Of a stretch of DNA of 50,202 nucleotides, positions 44,876-50,202 are shown piece by piece. Both the position numbers and the translations under genes were made by a program. Positions within the stretch are counted from its first letter, which is position 1; the number at the start of each line of letters is the position of its first letter. This DNA is from a virus (taxonomy: Duplodnaviria > Caudoviricetes). Below the pieces are notes generated by a model that worked only from the letters and a program-made list of their open reading frames with translations, was not told where the DNA came from and did not search any database. The stretch lies in the IMG/VR virus record IMGVR_UViG_3300048852_000054, positions 1 through 50,202 of that record. One strand, written 5' to 3'.

Positions 44876-46243
44876 ATGGCGGAATGGACCGACGAGGAGT
44901 TGCGCAGCGCGGTGCGCGCCTACCTCGACATGCTCAGTGCACAGGATGGTGGCGTCTCCTACTCAAAGGCTCAGATCCGACGCCAGCTCCGAAACGGGCC
45001 GCTCCAAGCCCGAAGCGTTCCAAGCATCGAGTATCGGATGCGGAACATCACTGCGGTGCTTGAGGCTCATGGTCGTTCGACAGTTAAAGGATACCTCGCC
45101 GCGAAGAATGTCGGCGACGGAGTCAGCACAAAAATTTGGCAAATGGTGCGCGAGACGGAATCCGCACCGCCACTTCCCACAGCAGGGCGGACGCACGCGC
45201 GACAGCATCTACCGCTCGACGCCCGGAGACGTCCCCGTCCGCCGGTCATCTACTTCAACATCGGATGGATGAAAAACTACGCCGGGCCCGTGCCCGACGA
45301 TGAGACGATCGGCGGCCATCGTTACCTGGGCGCGCACCGGCACGGCGCTGAGTCCTACAATTTCGCTCCGACAGAGCATGGGACTGTCCGCGGCTATCGG
45401 CCACCCGGCAACCGCGAGCAGACCAACATCACGCGGATGGGTGCGGCAAGAACCGAAGCCGAAATCAAGGGTGCCCTAGTCGTTTGGCTCGCAAAGGAGC
45501 CTGGAACCAAGCGAACGCTGATCGTCGGCTGGTACCGGAATGCGACCGTGTTCCGAACAGCCCGCGAAGGCAGCTTCCATGTCAACGGCGAGCGCATCGA
45601 GTATACCGCCGAAGCGCGGGTCGAGGATGCAACGCTGCTGCCGCCGGTTGCGCGAACCTTTGAGGTGCGAAGCAGTCGCCTTCTTCCGGGCTCAGGTTTT
45701 GGACAAAAGCCGACCTGGTATGGCGCCGAGGCCGTCGATGCGCGAGTTTGGGCTTATACTGAGACGTATACTAAGTCGAGAGAAAAGCCACCCAACTCAA
45801 AGACTTCGTCCGGCAGTAAGATGCCGCCGAAGAACCCTGATCCTGAACTCCGACGCAAGGTCGAAAAGGCTGCTGTAAAGCACGCCATGGCCTATTACGA
45901 GGCGGAGTTCGGCAGCTCATGTATCATCGAGAGCGTTGAAACCGCCGCGAAGGGCTGGGATCTGGAAGTCTACAACAGCCCGGAGCCCCTGCTAGTCGAG
46001 GTGAAGGGGCTTTTAAACGAGGAACTCGTCTGCGAACTTACACCCAATGAATACGAGATGATGATGCGGCCGTCGAACCGCCGCCGTTACGTCATATATA
46101 TTGTGAACAACGCCCTGGCCGAGCCTCCGGCCATGCCGATCGCGTCAATCTTCAAACATGCGGGCGGCGATCAGTGGTGCACGTCCGACGGACGCAAGTT
46201 GGTCATTAAGGAGAAGATTGCTGCAGTGCTTACGTGTCGCTGA
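44876..46243 (+). CDS. Multi-domain putative restriction/anti-phage nuclease with C-terminal DUF3883 (PD-(D/E)XK) domain
   Basis: N-terminal WTDEEL..AV.AYLDML...SIEYRMRNI; central FNIGWM..Y.G...IVGWYRNATV; C-terminal VEKAA...GWDLE...VEVKG...LTPNE. Confidence 0.75.
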   Translation: MAEWTDEELRSAVRAYLDMLSAQDGGVSYSKAQIRRQLRNGPLQARSVPSIEYRMRNITAVLEAHGRSTVKGYLAAKNVGDGVSTKIWQMVRETESAPPLPTAGRTHARQHLPLDARRRPRPPVIYFNIGWMKNYAGPVPDDETIGGHRYLGAHRHGAESYNFAPTEHGTVRGYRPPGNREQTNITRMGAARTEAEIKGALVVWLAKEPGTKRTLIVGWYRNATVFRTAREGSFHVNGERIEYTAEARVEDATLLPPVARTFEVRSSRLLPGSGFGQKPTWYGAEAVDARVWAYTETYTKSREKPPNSKTSSGSKMPPKNPDPELRRKVEKAAVKHAMAYYEAEFGSSCIIESVETAAKGWDLEVYNSPEPLLVEVKGLLNEELVCELTPNEYEMMMRPSNRRRYVIYIVNNALAEPPAMPIASIFKHAGGDQWCTSDGRKLVIKEKIAAVLTCR

Positions 46244-46363
46244 TGGGGTGAGCAGCGAACGTCTGGTAAGCAAGCCCTCTGAACCTGCTTTCCACCCCGA
46301 GCGGTGGTTCCTGGTGACTTCTCATCCTAGGCCTTTGGCCTCTTCGAACCACGACCCCGCTCG

Positions 46364-46392
46364 AAGCCCCGTCGCGCTCTGGCGGGGTTTTT
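46364..46392 (+). terminator. Rho-independent terminator
   Basis: AAGCCCCGTC...GGCGGGGTTTTT after the nuclease gene. Confidence 0.7.
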
Positions 46393-46419
46393 CGTGGCCA
46401 GCGCGCACTCAATCCGGAT

Positions 46420-46470
46420 AGGAGATTTTTCCCCTTGTTGGCGGCGGTTGGTTGGGGGATATTTCCTCTA
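46420..46470. promoter_or_regulatory. Two operator-like sites (OL-like)
   Basis: AGGAGATTTTTCCCCT and GGGGGATATTTCCTCTA match the OR consensus; upstream of the early operon. Confidence 0.7.
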
Positions 46471-46488
46471 TCAACCCGGGGTTCAGCT

Positions 46489-46806
46489 ATGCCCGCCGCC
46501 GCTTCCATCGCGCCGCCCGGCCCCTCCTCGCCCTGCCACCGGCGACCCGCGCCGTGCGCCCTGTCCGCCCGTGCGGCTGAGATTAGCGCGCGCCTGCGCG
46601 CCCAGGCCGCCGCCAATGAGCGCATCCCCTCCGACAGCCTGCTGATCGCCGCCGACTACGTGGACGAGGCGGCCTGGGCCGCAGTGGACCGCTGCCCCGC
46701 CGCGGCCCCGCCGCTGTTCAAGCTGGCAGAGGAGCTGCGCGCGGACGCGCCGCTCTACGCGCACCGCCGATTGCGCGTCTCCCCGCCAGGGAGGGCCGCA
46801 GCGTGA
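46489..46806 (+). CDS. Hypothetical protein
   Basis: First ORF after the OL-like sites; GTGA overlap with the next gene. Confidence 0.5.
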   Translation: MPAAASIAPPGPSSPCHRRPAPCALSARAAEISARLRAQAAANERIPSDSLLIAADYVDEAAWAAVDRCPAAAPPLFKLAEELRADAPLYAHRRLRVSPPGRAAA

Positions 46807-47153
46807 TGCTCTGGCTTGCTGAGTTCGGCGGCATGGACGGCCCCGGCTTCCGCTTCCTGGTCTGCGCACCGCCTCGGCGCGTGTATGTGCGCAACCCCCG
46901 CACGGCGCTGCTAGGCACGTCCCCCGGCTCCTGCGACGAGGGGCTGGGCATGCTGGTGGCGGAGTTGATCCCGGAGCCCGGCGCCTCCCCAGGCACCCCC
47001 GTGCTGGCCAGCGTGGCGCTCGACAGTGGCCGGACGATCCGCGTGCAGCTGGACTGGTGCGCCGATGCCACCAATGTCGCGCCGCGTCGCATCCTGCGTG
47101 CCGCAACGCTGAACCGCGCCGGCGCCCAGGCCGGGGAGGCGCGGGGCGGATGA
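46803..47153 (+). CDS. Hypothetical protein
   Basis: GGAGG RBS; overlaps both neighbours by 4 nt. Confidence 0.55.
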   Translation: MMLWLAEFGGMDGPGFRFLVCAPPRRVYVRNPRTALLGTSPGSCDEGLGMLVAELIPEPGASPGTPVLASVALDSGRTIRVQLDWCADATNVAPRRILRAATLNRAGAQAGEARGG

Positions 47154-48451
47154 GCCTGTCCTTCGGCTCAGTCTGCTCCGGTATCGGCTGCGCGGAGCTC
47201 GCCTTCGAGCGCCTGGGCTGGCGCGGCGAGTTCGTGTCCGAGATCGAGGCATTCCCCCGGGCGGTGCTGAAGCATCGCTTCCCGGCCGTGCCGCTGCACG
47301 GCGACTTCACCACCATCCAGGCGGGCGACTATGGACGGATTGACCTTCTCGTGGGCGGAACCCCCTGCCAGTCCTTCAGCGTCGCCGGCCTCCGGCTTGG
47401 GCTGGCGGACGAGCGTGGAAACCTGGCCCTCGAGTATCTTCAGCTGGCTGACCGACTGCGCCCCCGCTGGTTGGTTTGGGAGAACGTCCCCGGTGTCCTG
47501 TCGTCCAATGGCGGACGGGACTTTGGCGCCTTCCTCGGGGGGCTGGCAGAACTCGGGTATGGGTGGGCCTACCGAGTGCTTGACGCTCAGCACTTCGGAG
47601 TGGCCCAGCGACGGCGCCGCGTGTTCGTTGTCGGATATGCTGGAGACTGGCGCCGTGCCGCAGCGGTTCTATTTGAGCCCGCGAGCCTGCGCGGGGATCC
47701 TGCGCCGCGCCGAGAGGCGGGGGAAGGAACTGCCGGAGCACTTACGTGCCGCCCTGGCCGAGGTGGCACGAACCGCGAAGGAGGTGACGGCAGCCTGATC
47801 GCCGGCACGCTCTGCAACAGCGGCAAGGCGGCGGGAAGCGCCACGCAGCAGGATGCTGAGGCGGGGTTGTTGGTCGCCCACACCCTGCGCGTGCCGTCCC
47901 GCGGAGCAGCTTGGCGCGGCGATGGCAGTGATAATTTCGTCGCCCACACCCTGCGCGCCTCCGGCTTCGACGCCAGTGAGGACGGCACAGGGCGCGGCAC
48001 GCCGCTGGTGCCCATTACCTTTGACTTGGCGCATATCACCAGCGCCGCCAACCGGACGCGGGTGGAGCCGGGCCTGCCGAGTCCCACGCTGGCGAAGGAC
48101 AGCCGGATGCACGTCGCCCAGGCGTTCGACGTGCTCGGCCTGCCGGCCATGACCGGTGCCCGCGAGACGGACGTTCACAGCGCACTTCGAGCCCGCCCAC
48201 CCGGCACCAGCGAGGCCAGCACCACCACCGTCGTGCAGCAGGCCATGGCTGTCCGCCGCCTCACCCCGCGCGAGTGCGAACGGCTGCAGGGCCTACCCGA
48301 CGACTGGACGCTGATCCCGTGGCGCAAGGGCATGGCGCCTGATGGCCCCCGGTACAAGGCTATCGGCAATGGCATGGCCGTGCCCTGCTTGGAGTGGATC
48401 GGCCAGCGCATCGCCGCGGTGGAGGCGCAGGCCGTGATGGAGGCTGCATGA
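47150..48451 (+). CDS. DNA (cytosine-5) methyltransferase, large polypeptide
   Basis: SVCSGIG (I), GGTPCQSFS (IV), WENVPG (VI), QRRRRVF (VIII), RRLTPRECERLQG, YKAIGNGMAV (X). Confidence 0.93.
   Translation: MSLSFGSVCSGIGCAELAFERLGWRGEFVSEIEAFPRAVLKHRFPAVPLHGDFTTIQAGDYGRIDLLVGGTPCQSFSVAGLRLGLADERGNLALEYLQLADRLRPRWLVWENVPGVLSSNGGRDFGAFLGGLAELGYGWAYRVLDAQHFGVAQRRRRVFVVGYAGDWRRAAAVLFEPASLRGDPAPRREAGEGTAGALTCRPGRGGTNREGGDGSLIAGTLCNSGKAAGSATQQDAEAGLLVAHTLRVPSRGAAWRGDGSDNFVAHTLRASGFDASEDGTGRGTPLVPITFDLAHITSAANRTRVEPGLPSPTLAKDSRMHVAQAFDVLGLPAMTGARETDVHSALRARPPGTSEASTTTVVQQAMAVRRLTPRECERLQGLPDDWTLIPWRKGMAPDGPRYKAIGNGMAVPCLEWIGQRIAAVEAQAVMEAA
47331..47798 (+). CDS. Alternative-frame nested ORF, putative second (beta-like) subunit of the methyltransferase
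   Basis: CSLSDMLETGAVPQRFYLSPRACAGILRRAERRGKELPEHLRAAL resembles the segment following motif VIII in C5 MTases. Confidence 0.65.
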   Translation: MDGLTFSWAEPPASPSASPASGLGWRTSVETWPSSIFSWLTDCAPAGWFGRTSPVSCRPMADGTLAPSSGGWQNSGMGGPTECLTLSTSEWPSDGAACSLSDMLETGAVPQRFYLSPRACAGILRRAERRGKELPEHLRAALAEVARTAKEVTAA

Positions 48452-48502
48452 GCTGCATCCCGAACGCCCGCACCGTCCTCGGCAGACTGCTGGAGGCGAT
48501 AC

Positions 48503-48706
48503 ATGGGTAGAGGTAGCGCGATGAAGTGGAGGTCGATCAGCAAGGCGCCAAAGGACGGGAGATCGATCCCGGGCTTGGTGCCAAACCACGAGCCGATGCC
48601 GGTCTGGTGGGAGCATGGCCGCTGGGACGCAGAGGGCCACCCGGATGGTGTGGAGCCTACCCACTGGAAGCCGATCTACGCTTCTCCGGGGCGGCCGGAT
48701 GAATGA
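48503..48706 (+). CDS. Small phage protein (DUF551-like)
   Basis: WRSISKAPKDG...PTHWKP; GGAGG RBS. Confidence 0.65.
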   Translation: MGRGSAMKWRSISKAPKDGRSIPGLVPNHEPMPVWWEHGRWDAEGHPDGVEPTHWKPIYASPGRPDE

Positions 48707-48959
48707 GGCGCGCCTGCCAGGCTGGCCGCGCGGTCTGAGCGACGCCCTCGCCGCAGCCTATGTCGGTCTCGGGCAGACCATGTTCCGCGAGGCCATGGCC
48801 TCCGCTGGCATCAAGCCGACCTGGCTCACCAAGCGCCGGCGGGTCTGGGACATTCGAGCGCTGGATGCATGGCTGGACGCCAGGGCCAATGATGCGCCTA
48901 TGCTACCGCGCCAGGCGCAGCACGCACCGGCCGCCAGCAGCTCATGGGATGGCGTGTGA
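48699..48959 (+). CDS. Excisionase / AlpA-like DNA-binding protein
   Basis: WPRGL...AAAYVGLG...RRVWDIRALDAWLD; overlaps the integrase start. Confidence 0.8.
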   Translation: MNEARLPGWPRGLSDALAAAYVGLGQTMFREAMASAGIKPTWLTKRRRVWDIRALDAWLDARANDAPMLPRQAQHAPAASSSWDGV

Positions 48960-49996
48960 CCCTGCTCCGCCTCCGCTACGTCCACCGGTTCAAGGACCGG
49001 CACGGTCACGTCCGGCACTACCTCCGCCTGCCGCCCGGCCGGAAGCGGATCCCCCTCCCCGGCAAGCCCGGGTCGCCCGAGTTCATGGCTGCCTATCAGG
49101 CCGCGATCGCCGCGCCGCCGAGCGCCGAACCTGTCGCGGTCAAGCGCACCATTCCCGGCAGCATCGATGCGCTGGCCATCGAGTGGTACGCCTCGGCGCA
49201 GTTTCGGGCCCTCGGCCCGGTGACCCAGGGAACATACCGCCGGATCGTGGAGCGGCTCCGCGCCGAGCATGGCCACCGCATTGTGGCCGAGATGGAGCCC
49301 CAGCACGTCCGCCGTCTGGTGGCCGCCCGAGCCGAGCAGCCGACTGCTGCCAACCACCTGCTCCGCATCCTCCGCTTCCTACTCCGCTTTGCCGTCGAGG
49401 AAGGCTGGCGACCGGATGACCCGTCCCGGGACGTGCGCCGCGTCAGGCACCGGAGCACGGGCTATCACACCTGGACGGAGGATGAGATCGCGGCGTTCGA
49501 GGAGCGGTGGCCCATCGGCACCCGGCCGCGGCTTGCCCTCGCCCTGCTGCTCTACACCGCCCAGCGCCGCAGTGACGTGGTGCGCATGGGCCGGCAGCAC
49601 CTCCGCGGCAGCCGGGTCGAGGTGCGCCAGGTCAAGACCGGCGCCACCCTACTCATCCCGATGCACTCGGATCTGCGGCGCGCCATCGACGCGGTGCCGA
49701 AGGACCAGCTCACCTTCCTCATGACCGAGGCCGGCAAGCCCTTCACAGCGAATGGCTTCTACATGCGGTTCGCCGAGTGGGCGGCCGAGGCCGGGCTACC
49801 CAAGGGCTGCAGCCCGCATGGGCTACGGAAGGCCGCCGCCCGGCGATTGGCCGAGGCAGGGTGCACGGCGCACCAGATCGCGGCCATCACAGGCCATCGC
49901 ACTCTCGCGGAGGTTGAGCGCTACACCCGAGCGGCGAACCAAATCCTCATGGCCGACGCCGCCATCAAGCGCATCGGCGGCGGGGACGAACCCTGA
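48956..49996 (+). CDS. int: Tyrosine recombinase (phage integrase)
   Basis: YTAQRRSD (R), KTG, HGLRK (H-x-x-R), ITGH, ERY (Y). Confidence 0.95.
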   Translation: MTLLRLRYVHRFKDRHGHVRHYLRLPPGRKRIPLPGKPGSPEFMAAYQAAIAAPPSAEPVAVKRTIPGSIDALAIEWYASAQFRALGPVTQGTYRRIVERLRAEHGHRIVAEMEPQHVRRLVAARAEQPTAANHLLRILRFLLRFAVEEGWRPDDPSRDVRRVRHRSTGYHTWTEDEIAAFEERWPIGTRPRLALALLLYTAQRRSDVVRMGRQHLRGSRVEVRQVKTGATLLIPMHSDLRRAIDAVPKDQLTFLMTEAGKPFTANGFYMRFAEWAAEAGLPKGCSPHGLRKAAARRLAEAGCTAHQIAAITGHRTLAEVERYTRAANQILMADAAIKRIGGGDEP

Positions 49997-50002
49997 ACAG
50001 GA

Positions 50003-50030
50003 TTGGCAACCCGCCCTGGAGGGTTGCCAA
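50003..50030. repeat. Inverted TTGGCAACCC pair, putative integrase arm sites
   Basis: TTGGCAACCC...GGGTTGCCAA; same motif as at 1976 and 2027. Confidence 0.7.
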
Positions 50031-50074
50031 TTTTGCCCTGTAACGCCTTGATTTTTCTGCGTCGGTAGGCCGAT

Positions 50075-50151
50075 TGGCGCGCCCTGAGGGACTCGAACCC
50101 CCAACCAACCGGGTAGAAGCCGGTTGCTCTGTCCAGTTGAGCTAAGGGCGC
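50075..50151 (-). tRNA. tRNA-Arg(TCT), contains the right att core (50076-50093)
   Basis: GCGCCCTTAGCTCAACTGGACAGAGCA-ACCGG-CTTCTAC-CCGGT...GGTTCGAGTCC...GGGCGCGCCA; 77 nt with encoded CCA. Confidence 0.96.
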
Positions 50152-50202
50152 GGTCCGGGCCGCTTCAGTGGGTCCAGTTCTCGGACCGGCCGAAGCGGAA
50201 AT

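Larger units (their letters stand above)
1927..50093. mobile_element. Temperate siphovirus-type prophage (~48.2 kb) integrated in tRNA-Arg(TCT)
   Basis: Identical 18-bp direct repeats at both ends, integrase next to the tRNA, full head/tail/lysis/replication/immunity modules, tape measure and tail tube genes but no sheath gene. Confidence 0.96.

Overview
GC-rich alphaproteobacterial DNA (Acetobacteraceae/Roseomonas-like by inference). It carries an apparently complete ~48.2-kb temperate siphovirus-type prophage (HK97-like head) integrated at the 3' end of tRNA-Arg(TCT), bounded by an 18-bp att core at 1927-1944 and 50076-50093. Host genes lie only at the left edge: a LacI regulator and a frameshifted SGNH-like gene. 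Modules from right to left are integrase/Xis, a C5 DNA methyltransferase, an immunity region (cI/cro/cII plus a DUF3883 nuclease), replication genes, a NusG-like regulator, packaging/head, tail, a P22 immI-like antirepressor island, lysis, and a moron-rich left arm. The left arm holds an FkbM methyltransferase, a TIGR04255-type three-gene cassette and a LexA-boxed SRAP operon. The most striking observation is at the portal gene, which ends in a perfect C-CCU-UUU -1 slippery site. The -1 frame encodes a 'QPR..GRW' linker plus a BECR/PBECR-like RNase domain, predicting a portal-toxin fusion, and is followed by a structured spacer that may supply immunity. Further recoding or overlap features are the tail-chaperone G-GGA-AAC frameshift, an in-frame HNH-TerS fusion, and an alternative-frame second subunit nested in the methyltransferase gene. 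All family assignments come from motif recognition by eye, not from database searches.
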